Origin: Planctomycetota bacterium
GTDB lineage: Bacteria > Planctomycetota > PUPC01 > JACPCR01
Direction of reading: 5' to 3'
Length of the DNA stretch: 64,000 nt
Assembly (NCBI GenBank): GCA_027625095.1
Contig: JAQBXN010000033.1
Location: 2,193 to 66,192 of the forward strand
Shown: positions 1 to 9,932 of the stretch, one piece after another
Position numbering within the stretch: position 1 is the first letter of the stretch
Layout of the letters: each line of letters starts with the position of its first letter
Program-made: the position numbers and the translations under genes
The notes under the pieces: generated by a model
Told to the model about the DNA's origin: nothing
Databases searched by the model: none
What the model saw: the letters and a program-made list of their open reading frames with translations, nothing else

Positions 1-2866
1 GTTATGGGATGAGAAGTGGCAGCCAGTCAGGGAAATCCAGACGCCAGACGGCTGCATTACCGCGCTGGCATTTGCACCGGACAATTTTTCCATCTTTACC
101 GCGGACAGCGTTTCCGCGCAGAGTGGCACGGTGCGGCATTGGAAGCTGGCGGATGGAATGAAGCTCGCTGAATGGCTGGCCCATCCGGACAGCATATTCG
201 GGCTTGCGATAAGTAAAGATGGCAAGCAACTCGCCACAGCAGGTGGAGATGATTTAGCGAAAATATGGGAGGTGGCTACAGGCAAGGAGATAGCAAAAAT
301 CGAAGGCCACGACAGCGCTATCAATGGGTTGGCCTTCAACAGGGACGGATCTCAACTGACGACTGTGAGCGCGGGTCATGAATTGATTATCTGGGACCTG
401 AAGACAAAACTCAGACTCACCTCACTTCAAGACAATATTGGGGTAAAGGTTCATAAGGGCAGCGTGAATGCGATTCGCTGGACCCCAGACGACAAAAAGA
501 TAGTGACGGCTTGTTCGGATGGGCTGGCAAGAGTCTTCACAAACATTCAACACCACGATGGCGCTCAAAGTTCGAAGACCGCGGAGGAACGGAAGCTGCA
601 ATCAGGCGGCGGGATCCTACATTGCGTGGATGCTTCATCCGACGCGAATCTGGTAGTCGCAGGAGGGCAGGGGGGTGAGGTCTACCTCTGGCGGGGTGAC
701 ACGCTTGCCGCCACGCTCAAGGCGGAAGAACCGAAATCCCCGGAGCAAACTCGACTGAGTTTTATCAGGGATATCCTTCCGATCCTCAGCAAAGCCGGGT
801 GCAACGCAGGTGGCTGCCACGCCAAACCGCCGGACGGACAGAATGGATTCCAGCTCTCAATTTTTTCCTACGACCCCAGGAGAGACTGGATGGAAATTGT
901 CGAGGACGCCCGAGGCCGTCGGGTGTTTCCCGCGTTTCCCGAGGAAAGCCTCTTCGTCAAAAAACCAACCCTTGCCATGGCTCATGAGGGCGGTCAGCGC
1001 ATCGTGCCCGGGTCAGACTCTCACAACGCTCTGCTGCAGTGGATTCGGCAAGGGATGTTGTATCAGGCGGTAAACGAGCCGTTGCTTGTGAGAGTTACCC
1101 TTGAACCGGAACAAGGGCTCTATCAGAAGGGGCAGGAGCAGACGTTGAAATCCACTGCTCATTTCTCAGATGAGAGTACGAGAGATGTCACCCGGCTTAC
1201 CGATTTCGTATCCAATGATAGCGAGATAGCTGAAGTAAATGAGCACGGGCAGGTGAGGGTTGGCCAATTGAACGGAGAGGGCACAATTATGGCCCGTTAC
1301 ATGGGACAGGTTGGTATTGCACGGATCACCGTTCAGGCCGACCACCGGTTGCCTGCGGATAGATATGCCGCATTGCCGAGAAACAACTTCATAGATGAAC
1401 TTGCATACGCACATTTTGAGCGGTTGGGGCTCTTCCCCTCCGACCTGTGCACGGACGGAGAGTTCTTGCGACGGGCTTCGCTGGACACCATCGGCCGTCT
1501 GCCAACTGTATCAGAGACGAAGGCGTTTCTGGATGAGCCTTCTCCGGACGGACGCGCTGCACTTATTGAACGTCTTCTTAAAGACCCGGCCTATGCCGAT
1601 CATTGGGCGAACAAATGGGCCGATCTCGTGAGGCCCAATCCAGATCGGGCCGGGCTCAAAAGCGTCTACATTCTCGACCAGTGGCTGAGGGAGGCGTTTC
1701 GGGAGAATCGTCCGATGGATCAGTTCGCTCGCGAAGTGGTCACCGCTACGGGCAGTACGCAGCGTGTCGGACCGACAGTGATTTATCGCGATAAACGCAC
1801 CCCCAAGGAATTGGCGAAAATCTTCAGCCAGATATTTCTCGGTATGAGACTGGAATGTGCCAGTTGCCATAATCACCCGAACGAAAAATGGACTCTCACC
1901 GATTTCTATTCGTTTTCGGCTTACTTCGGGCAGGTGAAGCAAAAGGGCAGTGGAGTGTCACCACCGATTTCAGGAGCGCCGGAATGGTTTTTCCATGGCG
2001 GAACAGGGGAAGTGAAGCATCCGGTCAGCGGGGAAACTCTCGCTCCCAAGCCTCCTGGTGGGGCAGTTTCGGAAATTCCGGCCAAGTCGGATCCCAGGCT
2101 CGCGCTGATGGATTGGATGACCGCAGCAGAGAATCCGTTCTTTGCCAGGGCGATGGTAAACCGCGTGTGGGGCGCCTACTTCGGTCGCGGGATCGTCGAG
2201 CCGGTGGATGACATCCGTGTCTCCAACCCGCCGGTAAATCCGCATCTACTGGATGCGCTCGCCCGACATCTTGTTGAACAGAATTACGACCAGAAGGCAA
2301 TCATCCGAACCATCATGCAGAGCCGTCTCTATCAACTCAGTTCCCTGCCGAATGAGACTAACAGGAGTGATACACGCCATTTCTCACGCAGCTACAGACG
2401 TCTGCTGGGAGCGGAAGTCTTGCTCGACGCGGTGAGCGACGTCACAGGATTTCCAGAAACCTATCAAGCCACCTGGCCGGGGGCCCGTGCCATGGAGACC
2501 TGGAATTACAAGATCACCTCAGAATTCATGGATGCCTTCGGCCGGCCAAACTCCAGCAGTGATCCGCCTTGCGAGCGCAACGCAAGAGGAAACGTCGTGC
2601 AGTCCCTCCACCTTATGCATTCCGAAAAACTGAGTTCGTGGATATCGAACGAAAAAGGCCGCGCCCGAGAACTCGCCACGGGCAAGTTGCTGCCAGCCGA
2701 CATCGCTGAAGAACTCTATCTGGCGGCATTCAGCCGACGCCCGAATGAAAAGGAAAAGACGGCCATGAATGCCTACTTCGAGAAAGACAAAAACAATCGC
2801 CAGGCCGCTACCGAAGATTTGATGTGGGCAATCATCAATTCTGCAGAGTTCATCATGAATCATTGA
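1..2866 (+). CDS. WD40-repeat + Ig-like + DUF1549/DUF1553 (PSCyt2/PSD1) planctomycete protein, 5'-truncated by window edge
   Basis: Frame is open from position 2 (LWDEKWQPVREI...). WD40 repeats (HPDSIFGLAIS...KIWE, GHDSAINGLAF...IWD); SFIRDILPILSKAGCNAGGCH; NNFIDE/FLRRASLDTIGRLP; CASCHNHP; NPFFARAMVNRVW; EDLMWAIINSAEF C-terminus typical of DUF1553. Confidence 0.9.
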   Translation, partial: LWDEKWQPVREIQTPDGCITALAFAPDNFSIFTADSVSAQSGTVRHWKLADGMKLAEWLAHPDSIFGLAISKDGKQLATAGGDDLAKIWEVATGKEIAKIEGHDSAINGLAFNRDGSQLTTVSAGHELIIWDLKTKLRLTSLQDNIGVKVHKGSVNAIRWTPDDKKIVTACSDGLARVFTNIQHHDGAQSSKTAEERKLQSGGGILHCVDASSDANLVVAGGQGGEVYLWRGDTLAATLKAEEPKSPEQTRLSFIRDILPILSKAGCNAGGCHAKPPDGQNGFQLSIFSYDPRRDWMEIVEDARGRRVFPAFPEESLFVKKPTLAMAHEGGQRIVPGSDSHNALLQWIRQGMLYQAVNEPLLVRVTLEPEQGLYQKGQEQTLKSTAHFSDESTRDVTRLTDFVSNDSEIAEVNEHGQVRVGQLNGEGTIMARYMGQVGIARITVQADHRLPADRYAALPRNNFIDELAYAHFERLGLFPSDLCTDGEFLRRASLDTIGRLPTVSETKAFLDEPSPDGRAALIERLLKDPAYADHWANKWADLVRPNPDRAGLKSVYILDQWLREAFRENRPMDQFAREVVTATGSTQRVGPTVIYRDKRTPKELAKIFSQIFLGMRLECASCHNHPNEKWTLTDFYSFSAYFGQVKQKGSGVSPPISGAPEWFFHGGTGEVKHPVSGETLAPKPPGGAVSEIPAKSDPRLALMDWMTAAENPFFARAMVNRVWGAYFGRGIVEPVDDIRVSNPPVNPHLLDALARHLVEQNYDQKAIIRTIMQSRLYQLSSLPNETNRSDTRHFSRSYRRLLGAEVLLDAVSDVTGFPETYQATWPGARAMETWNYKITSEFMDAFGRPNSSSDPPCERNARGNVVQSLHLMHSEKLSSWISNEKGRARELATGKLLPADIAEELYLAAFSRRPNEKEKTAMNAYFEKDKNNRQAATEDLMWAIINSAEFIMNH

Positions 2867-3048
2867 GAGGGCTGGATCCGGTATCGTCGTGTAGCACGAT
2901 ATTGCACTTGAGCCTCCCAAGGATGCCAATCAGTGTTTTATGGAATTCCCACACTGCTCTTACTGAAGAGAATCAATCTGAGTCGGACGGTCACCTGCAG
3001 CTTTTGGTAAAGCAGTTCTTACCACTCACTCAGTCCCTGAGAAATTAC

Positions 3049-3717
3049 ATGACACCTCAAGCCATCCTTTTCGATCTTGACTGTACGCTAATCGAAAGAA
3101 GAAAGTCTCTACACAAATACGCGGAGAGGTTCATTGACGATTATCGCTCACAGCTTGATACGCACGATGTAGGCTCAACTGCCGCATTTATCATCCAGGC
3201 TGACAGAGGTGGCTATCGCGAAGAGGAACGCTATAGCGAAATAGCTTCCGGTCTCGATTGGAACAGTCCTCCATCCCCAGAAGAAATAAAAGAACACTGG
3301 TGGGAGTTTACTCCGCGGGACGCGGTCTTAATGGACGACGCTGTGGAGGTACTCGATGAACTTCAAGCTCGCAGGATAAGACTCGGCATGGTGACCAACG
3401 GCAGTATCCGGATGCAGTCCAAAAAAATCGAAACGCTCCAGATCGCTGACTATTTTCGGAAGATAGTCATTTCTGAACAGGCAGGGGTGGATAAGCCTGA
3501 CCCAAAGATTTTCAGAGATGCATTGGCTGGACTGGATGTCGCCCCAGAGGAAGCATGGTTCGTCGGCGATCATCCGGAGAAAGATATCATGGGCGCCCAA
3601 CGTCTCGGTATGCGTGCATTCTGGATGGAAGGCTGGCAGGACTGGCCGGATGGCCTGGATGTGCCGCACACAACAATACGTTGCCTTGGGGATTTGCTCC
3701 CTTTTGTTCCGGCGTAA
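3049..3717 (+). CDS. HAD-family hydrolase (YjjG/YfnB-like)
   Basis: AILFDLDCTL motif I, VTNG motif II, KPDPKIF and VGDHPEKD motifs III/IV. Start placed at ATG 3049 rather than 2824. Confidence 0.88.
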   Translation: MTPQAILFDLDCTLIERRKSLHKYAERFIDDYRSQLDTHDVGSTAAFIIQADRGGYREEERYSEIASGLDWNSPPSPEEIKEHWWEFTPRDAVLMDDAVEVLDELQARRIRLGMVTNGSIRMQSKKIETLQIADYFRKIVISEQAGVDKPDPKIFRDALAGLDVAPEEAWFVGDHPEKDIMGAQRLGMRAFWMEGWQDWPDGLDVPHTTIRCLGDLLPFVPA

Positions 3718-3904
3718 GCGGGTAATTCCCACTGAAGAATGACCCGCGAAAGTCTGAGCGGAGCTCCAGTGCTGTTGCTTCAGAAAGCTGTCAGCTTTCC
3801 TCCTGAGTGTTCAGAAGCTGGCATCCTGGGTTAGGTCTTGTTGAGGCCAGAGGCTGCCTTGGGGTCAGCGAGACTTCAATAAGTCAGTCAAAATCCACAT
3901 AACC

Positions 3905-5734
3905 TCAACTGTCAAGCTGCTCAAAGCCATCGGGCAAACCCTCGCCCTCCACCAGCGCTTCCTTCAGGGCCCGCGAGTGCTTGCATGCCCCTCGAAAATC
4001 AAAGCCAGGGCAATCGCAGTTCACGTCGGGGCCGACGACCTCCAGACAGTAAAAATTACCCTTCTTTGAACTTTCCACCCGGTAGACATCCTTCTCAGGG
4101 CCGGACAGCACTTTGGCCAGTGCGGACAGTGCCTCGATAGAGTAGGGGGCGTGCGGCTTTTGAACCTGGATCATGAGTTCTGAATTCTGTGCTTCAAAGC
4201 TTTCTGTTACCTGCCTGAGAAGTGCCACAACACTTTGTTCGTCGATCTCATCTTCAGCAATTTCGCCGAGTCGGGGGCCGATGGTTCGCATAATGGATTT
4301 GAGCTCGCTCATGACATCTGAGTTGACGTCCTTTTCAAGCGCCTTGCCCTCCAGGAGCTGGTCGATCATGTGTGCCTTGGAGATGAGCACCGAACGGACG
4401 AACTCATCGATCGTGTCGGCGCCAATCATGTAAGTGACGTTCACCGACCGGGTCTGGCCGATTCGGCAGGCACGGTCTTCGGCCTGCCAATGATTTGCAG
4501 GCACCCAGTCCAGATCATTGAAAACTACCTGCCTCGCTGCGGTCAGGTTTAGACCTGTTCCACCGGCCTGGATGTTTGCGATAAGGACCCGAACATCATC
4601 GTCCTGCTGAAACTGGTCGGCGATGTCCTGGCGCTGCGCTGCCGGGGTATCTCCCTCGATCGCCAGGCCGATCTCTTCGTAATGTTCGCGCAGACGGAGC
4701 ACCGCCTCTTTGTAACAGGAGAAGATAATCGCCTTTTCTCCTTGTTCGATAACGCCGTCTACAAAATTCCACGTGCTTCGGACCTTCGCGGTGGCCAATT
4801 TTCGACGTGCAGTACTGAGCCCGCCAAGCAGCGCGCCCTGACGCCTTCTCCTCTTCTGCAGTTCCTCTTCCGACATTTTTTTGGACGATTCACCATCCTC
4901 TTGATTCCTGTGGGAAGAGCGCATCAGCGCGTGCAGGAAACCGCGAATCTCGCGTGCGGTACCCGGCGGTACATCTACCTCAAGCCAGGTTCGAAATTTT
5001 GGTGGAAGATCCAGAACTTCGTCTTTGTTGCGACGGATCATGATGCCGTGAAGCTGGACAGCCAGCTCTCCGAGATTGCTGGCGCCATCGGAAACCCATC
5101 CATACTCGCCCTTGTACGCGTCACAATACCGGCGAGCGAAAGTCAAAAAACTTTTGCCCATCGGATGCTGCACGAGCTGTAACAGTGGAAAGAGGTCTCG
5201 TGGCCGGCTGGTCAGGGGAGTCCCCGTGAGGGCATGAATCATCGGGTCAGTGCCGACAGACTGGATTAGTTTGTTGGAAATCTGGTTCCGCTTGCTTCGA
5301 TGATTTTTCAGGTAGTGAGCCTCGTCAAAAACGATTCCCGTCCAATCATGCTCCATCAGGGCATCTGCGTGTTTGCCAAGAATGTCGTAATTGATAATCA
5401 CCCAGTCTTTCCAGTTCGGCTCAGGAGGCATCCCCGGCCCAACAATTACCGGTTCGGCCCAGGGTTTAACGACACGGATCTCACGCGCCCAGTTCCGCTT
5501 CACTGAAGCAGGGCAGACCACAAGGTAAGGCCCGAGCGGTTCGGCTTCAGTGAGAGCAACAATGGACTGCCGGGTCTTACCAAGCCCCATATCATCAGCC
5601 AGGATGGCACGACGCCGTGCGAGCAGAAATGCTACGCCTTCGATTTGATGCGGATACAGCCCCTCAGCCATTTTCCTGGCACGGCGGAGCGCCTCATCAC
5701 GCACTTCGGTCGATGGAGGAATGTGCTTGGGCAT
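3905..5734 (-). CDS. SNF2-family (SMARCAL1/HARP-like) helicase/translocase with C-terminal SWIM zinc finger
   Basis: LADDMGLGKT (Walker A), DEAH, LTGTP, GTGLNL, QAEDRACRIGQ; C-terminal CDCPGFDFRGACKH (SWIM CxC-xn-CxH). Confidence 0.9.
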   Translation of the reverse strand: MPKHIPPSTEVRDEALRRARKMAEGLYPHQIEGVAFLLARRRAILADDMGLGKTRQSIVALTEAEPLGPYLVVCPASVKRNWAREIRVVKPWAEPVIVGPGMPPEPNWKDWVIINYDILGKHADALMEHDWTGIVFDEAHYLKNHRSKRNQISNKLIQSVGTDPMIHALTGTPLTSRPRDLFPLLQLVQHPMGKSFLTFARRYCDAYKGEYGWVSDGASNLGELAVQLHGIMIRRNKDEVLDLPPKFRTWLEVDVPPGTAREIRGFLHALMRSSHRNQEDGESSKKMSEEELQKRRRRQGALLGGLSTARRKLATAKVRSTWNFVDGVIEQGEKAIIFSCYKEAVLRLREHYEEIGLAIEGDTPAAQRQDIADQFQQDDDVRVLIANIQAGGTGLNLTAARQVVFNDLDWVPANHWQAEDRACRIGQTRSVNVTYMIGADTIDEFVRSVLISKAHMIDQLLEGKALEKDVNSDVMSELKSIMRTIGPRLGEIAEDEIDEQSVVALLRQVTESFEAQNSELMIQVQKPHAPYSIEALSALAKVLSGPEKDVYRVESSKKGNFYCLEVVGPDVNCDCPGFDFRGACKHSRALKEALVEGEGLPDGFEQLDS

Positions 5735-5869
5735 GGTCTTTCTCGCTTGCCTTCAGGAAGAGGAATCACGAAGCGTCAGTATGACCGCGGCCGAAGCATT
5801 CGACCAAGAGAATTTGTCTCCATTGACGTGTATCATTCTTTCTCGTCTGCAATCCTCATTATTCATCCT

Positions 5870-6082
5870 ATGCCGTCACCTGAACCAGAATCTCAAAAAA
5901 AGGAGCGACCACGCAACCGAGGGCCGGCCTGGAAGGCAGCCGAAGATTACGGCTTTGATATGTCGCTTGTTGAAGCCAACCTTTCCAAGACGCCGGCAGA
6001 GCGAGTACGACAGCACTGTGAGGCCGTGGATTTTGCTCTTAAATTGCGCAAAGTGATGAGGGAATCCCGTGACAGATCTTGA
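5870..6082 (+). CDS. Small (70 aa) protein, putative antitoxin-like partner of the downstream nucleotidyltransferase
   Basis: ATG at 5870. GFDMSLVEANLSKTPAERV resembles small proteins found upstream of this NTase family. Overlaps the next gene by 14 nt. Confidence 0.65.
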   Translation: MPSPEPESQKKERPRNRGPAWKAAEDYGFDMSLVEANLSKTPAERVRQHCEAVDFALKLRKVMRESRDRS

Positions 6083-6548
6083 GAGACTCGTAGCCCGGCT
6101 GGTCGAGCATGAAATTGAGTTTGTAGTAGTAGGTGGTGTTGCAGCCATTGCTCACGGAGTTTCCGTCGCGACATTCGATGTGGATGTTTGCTGTCGGATG
6201 ACGGAGACAAATCTTCTCAAAATCCAGCGGGCATTGTCGGAACTCAATCCGTTCCATCGTATGACGCCACAAAAGCTTCCACTGGGGCTGACTGCCGAAA
6301 ACTGTCGCGGCCTGAAAAACCTGTACATTCAGTCAGATTGGGGGCAGTTGGATTGCCTTGGAGAGGTGGCTGGTGTTGGCGGGTATGAGGAAGCCCTGCA
6401 GCACAGCATCGAATTGGACCTGGGGTTTGGCAGTTTTCGGGTCCTTGATATTGAGAAATTGATTACATCCAAAGAAGCCATGTCCCGTCCCAAGGACATC
6501 CCGGCGATCATCCAATTGAAAGCGATCCAAGAAGAATTGGATCTTTGA
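6069..6548 (+). CDS. Pol-beta-fold nucleotidyltransferase (DUF6036/AbiEii-like)
   Basis: FVVVGGVAAIAHG...ATFDVDV (GG...DxD) motif and C-terminal LITSKEAMSRPKD. Confidence 0.8.
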   Translation: MTDLERLVARLVEHEIEFVVVGGVAAIAHGVSVATFDVDVCCRMTETNLLKIQRALSELNPFHRMTPQKLPLGLTAENCRGLKNLYIQSDWGQLDCLGEVAGVGGYEEALQHSIELDLGFGSFRVLDIEKLITSKEAMSRPKDIPAIIQLKAIQEELDL

Positions 6549-6550
6549 AG

Positions 6551-7615
6551 TCAACGATCCCTGACGCATCGAAAACCTACATGATTCGTGCTGGTGTCCG
6601 GTGAATTCTTGTCTCTTGCACTGGGGCGATAGCGAGTGCAGTAGGAATCACAGCAAAGATAGGATCCGCCCTTCATTACGCGTTTTGGGATATTGGGCTC
6701 CTGCGGGTCAAAGCTGTCCTTCGGGCCTTTCGGGTTATTCTTCGGGCTTTTAAGATAGTAGTCGGGCCGATACCAGTCCGAGCACCACTCCCACACATTG
6801 CCGGACATATCGTAAAGACCGAACGGATTCGGTTTGAAGGATTTCACCTTCGCCAAACCAGCATAACCATCATCCTCCGTGTTCACGTTTGGAAAGTCGC
6901 CCTGCCAGATATTCGCCGGCCACTTTCCATCGATAAGTTTGTGATCGCCCCAGACGTAGCGTTTGCCTTCCATCTTGCCGCGGGCCGCGAATTCCCACTC
7001 GGCCTCGGTTGGTAACCGCTTCCCCGCCCATTTCGCGTACTCGACAGCATCAAACCATGAGACGTGCACCACCGGGTAAGTCTCCTTGCCCTTGATGTTG
7101 CTTCCAGGGCCGGCAGGCTGTTTCCAATTCGCTTCTCTTTTGTATTCCCACCACTGCAGGAAATTTGTCTTACTTGTCACCTCTTCTTCGGGCGCTTTAA
7201 AACATACGGACCCGACGTAAAGATTTTCAGGCGGCACGCCCGGAAAGTCGTCGGGGTTCGGCGCTCTTTCCGCGGTTGTCTGATAATCAGTATCCTCAAT
7301 AAATCGGGCGAACTGTGCATTCGTCACCTCGTGTATATCCATCCAGAAGCCATCGACGGTTACCTCATGCTGAGGCCCCTCTTCGTTGTAACCGGGTTCA
7401 AACGCGCCCATGGCAAAAGTGCCACCGGGTATCCAGAGCATCCCCGGTGGCGTGTCTGCTCTCGAAGGAGGAATCTCTGATTTTTCAGGAGTCACCTGTG
7501 GTTTTGTGCTACCAACGTCAATTTTGGCCGCAGCCATGAACGCACCCATTGCAACGATTACGGCGATGCCGCCAATTATTTTTTTCTGAATTGGAATCTC
7601 TTGACTCGACGACAT
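6551..7615 (-). CDS. Formylglycine-generating enzyme (SUMF1/FGE-sulfatase) family protein with N-terminal membrane anchor
   Basis: PGGTFAMG, HEVTNAQF, PVVHVSWFDA, RLPTEAEWEFAAR, GLYDMSGNVWEW, KGGSYLCCDSYCTRYR (FGE-like active-site Cys pair retained), GFRC. Confidence 0.9.
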   Translation of the reverse strand: MSSSQEIPIQKKIIGGIAVIVAMGAFMAAAKIDVGSTKPQVTPEKSEIPPSRADTPPGMLWIPGGTFAMGAFEPGYNEEGPQHEVTVDGFWMDIHEVTNAQFARFIEDTDYQTTAERAPNPDDFPGVPPENLYVGSVCFKAPEEEVTSKTNFLQWWEYKREANWKQPAGPGSNIKGKETYPVVHVSWFDAVEYAKWAGKRLPTEAEWEFAARGKMEGKRYVWGDHKLIDGKWPANIWQGDFPNVNTEDDGYAGLAKVKSFKPNPFGLYDMSGNVWEWCSDWYRPDYYLKSPKNNPKGPKDSFDPQEPNIPKRVMKGGSYLCCDSYCTRYRPSARDKNSPDTSTNHVGFRCVRDR

Positions 7616-7731
7616 GCTCTCCCCAATAATATTCTGAACTCAAGTTGAAATATTTGTGAGTCAGGCATTCTATGTTTCTGGAAAAGCTTCACCTGCCACC
7701 CCTGAACAGTTAAGAAAAGTTAGGGACAAAA

Positions 7732-8286
7732 ATGACCGACAGATCCAAACCAAGACCTGCTGTCTTCCTTGACCGAGACGGGACGATTAATGTAGACCCA
7801 GGCTACCTCGGTGACCCGGCAAAACTGAAACTTCTGCCCAATGCAGTTGAGGGGATGTGCCGGATGCGGGATATGGGTTTCGAGCTTGTCCTCGTCACCA
7901 ATCAGTCGGGGATCGGACGTGGTTACTTTACGGAGAGCGACTTTCATCTGGTCCAGTCACGCCTTCGTGAACTCCTGGAACCGGCCGGCGTTACGTTTCT
8001 TGATGAATTCTTCTGTCCCTTTCACATTGAAGCCAAACTGCCGGAGTACCGTTACGTCTCAGAAGATAGAAAGCCTGAACCCGGCATGTTGTTAAAGGCA
8101 GCATCGCGCCACGGCCTGGCCACCGAGTTTTCTTTTATGATTGGTAATTCAGAGACCGATGTAGAAGCCGGCCAAGGTGCTGGATGCCGCACGATTCGGC
8201 TGTGCGTACCTGAAACCGAAACCAAGGCTGATTTCATCGCTGCAGACCTTCTTGAGGCGGCTCAAATCATTAAGGTACATAGGTAA
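7732..8286 (+). CDS. gmhB: D-glycero-D-manno-heptose 1,7-bisphosphate phosphatase (HAD IIIA)
   Basis: AVFLDRDGTIN, VTNQSGIGRG, CPFH, RKPEPGML. Motif IV reads IGNSETD instead of the usual IGD. Confidence 0.82.
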   Translation: MTDRSKPRPAVFLDRDGTINVDPGYLGDPAKLKLLPNAVEGMCRMRDMGFELVLVTNQSGIGRGYFTESDFHLVQSRLRELLEPAGVTFLDEFFCPFHIEAKLPEYRYVSEDRKPEPGMLLKAASRHGLATEFSFMIGNSETDVEAGQGAGCRTIRLCVPETETKADFIAADLLEAAQIIKVHR

Positions 8287-8813
8287 TGCCTTCGAATGAA
8301 ACTCCCTGGCTCTGCTTTTCTGATAAAGACCTCCTTTCAGATTGTACAGAGGAGTTCATTCGTTCTGGAGGTCCTGGCGGGCAAAAGCGGAACAAAACTT
8401 CTTCGGCAGTCCGGCTGACACACCTGCCCACGGGCATTATCGTCAAGGCCACAGAGAGCCGATCCAGAGAGGAAAACCGTACCAGCGCGCTCAGACACCT
8501 GCGGAGAACGATTGCTCTCGAAATACGAAGGGACCTGGATTTGGATCACTACAAATCACCCGCACTGACGATCGGGTATCAGGACGCCTCGAATCGGTTT
8601 CGTATAAATAAAAAGAATCCGCACTGGCCATTGGTTGTCAGTCACATTCTCGATCTATTGCAGGCCACCAGAGGCCGGGTCAGCGAGTGCAGTAACCTGC
8701 TTGGTTGCTCAACGGGACAACTCATTGACTTCCTGAGCATTGAACCGGACCTGCTGGCGGCAGCGAACGCTGTTCGTGCGTCTCACGGGGTAAAGCCGTT
8801 GAAAGCCAACTGA
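8286..8813 (+). CDS. Peptide chain release factor-like protein (stand-alone GGQ domain)
   Basis: RSGGPGGQKRNKTSSAVRLTHLPTGI...ESRSREEN. TAATG overlap with gmhB. Confidence 0.85.
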   Translation: MPSNETPWLCFSDKDLLSDCTEEFIRSGGPGGQKRNKTSSAVRLTHLPTGIIVKATESRSREENRTSALRHLRRTIALEIRRDLDLDHYKSPALTIGYQDASNRFRINKKNPHWPLVVSHILDLLQATRGRVSECSNLLGCSTGQLIDFLSIEPDLLAAANAVRASHGVKPLKAN

Positions 8814-8913
8814 TCTCTCCTGAAAGCGATGGGAGATACACAGGCAAATTGTGTTTCCACAGACACCACGGATTTGAGTCAACCATGCCTGCAGTGAGCG
8901 ACTCTGGGCTGAG

Positions 8914-9771
8914 TCATCGAAAGCCCCCATCCATTCCCTTCCGATAACGACTCGGGTTGATCCCGGGCGCAACGCTCCTCATTCCTGCAGGTTTGTTGTC
9001 CCCGTCGAAATTGACTTTTGAAATATTGGGGTCAATGAAAAAAGGCAGAACTTGAGCGGGCAGCCCCTTCAAGTCTTCTTCTGTCCAGGTATCAACTTCC
9101 CTCACCGGGCCACCCCATGCAGGGCGGTAGCCGATGGCGAGCATTTCCCGCGCATAGTTACCGACATTGGAGAAATTGCCATGAAAAGTCTTGTGATTGA
9201 GGAAAACAGCCGAACCAGCCTTAGCAGTGACCAAAACCTGTTCCGGGTGTTCCTTAAAACGCAGATATGGATTTCCATCTGCATGCATAGACAAGTGGGA
9301 ACGCGGAACTACACGGAATGGGGAAACCTCTGAAGTAAGGTCCTGGAGATAGTAAAGAACGCGAATCATTACCGGAACACTTCCCTCATAACCGAAAATC
9401 TTTGAACCGTATGGCTGGCCATCTGTGTGCAGGCTGATACCTGGATGCCCCGGTTCGGAGCAGGCATAGGTGTATGACATGAAAACCACATCGTCACCGA
9501 ACACACGCCCAAGGAATTCAGTGGTCGGTTTATGAGCAATTAATTTTGTGATTTCCCCGCCGTCGCGAAAGAGATGTTGTCGGACCCGTTGATGGACACT
9601 GTAATCAACGGCTCTCGTTTTCAGTGATTCTGTTTCCGCCCTGAGCATTTCTAAATGCTCAGCAGACAGGAGGTCTGGAATAACCAGATAACCCTCAACC
9701 TCCAACTGAAAGAGCTGTTCTTCGAACGGTAATAAAGACCAGTCGCGGTTATCGATTCTTTCACCAGACAT
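8914..9771 (-). CDS. Phytanoyl-CoA dioxygenase (PhyH) family Fe(II)/2OG oxygenase
   Basis: EGYLVIPDLLS, HTD (HxD), VVPRSH, AGSAVFL...HG. Confidence 0.82.
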   Translation of the reverse strand: MSGERIDNRDWSLLPFEEQLFQLEVEGYLVIPDLLSAEHLEMLRAETESLKTRAVDYSVHQRVRQHLFRDGGEITKLIAHKPTTEFLGRVFGDDVVFMSYTYACSEPGHPGISLHTDGQPYGSKIFGYEGSVPVMIRVLYYLQDLTSEVSPFRVVPRSHLSMHADGNPYLRFKEHPEQVLVTAKAGSAVFLNHKTFHGNFSNVGNYAREMLAIGYRPAWGGPVREVDTWTEEDLKGLPAQVLPFFIDPNISKVNFDGDNKPAGMRSVAPGINPSRYRKGMDGGFR

Positions 9772-9846
9772 TTTTTGTCTCTGAGTTGGGTAATTGTATT
9801 GGAGTTAGTATCTATTCGACGGTCGGGCAGTAATTCGAAGTCGGAA

Positions 9847-9911
9847 TTGGAGTAGCTGCAGTAACCGGAGCTTCCCTGCCCCAAGAGTCCGCCTGGAGGC
9901 GTGACTCCAAC
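9847..9911. repeat. Degenerate REP-like element of the TTGGAGT...ACTCCAAC family
   Basis: Ends TTGGAGT (9847) and CCGCCTGGAGGCGTGACTCCAAC (to 9911), similar to CCGGCTGAAGCCGTTACTCCAAC at 54901-54923. Confidence 0.5.
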
Positions 9912-9932
9912 CCCGGTTCTGCCTTACCTCAG

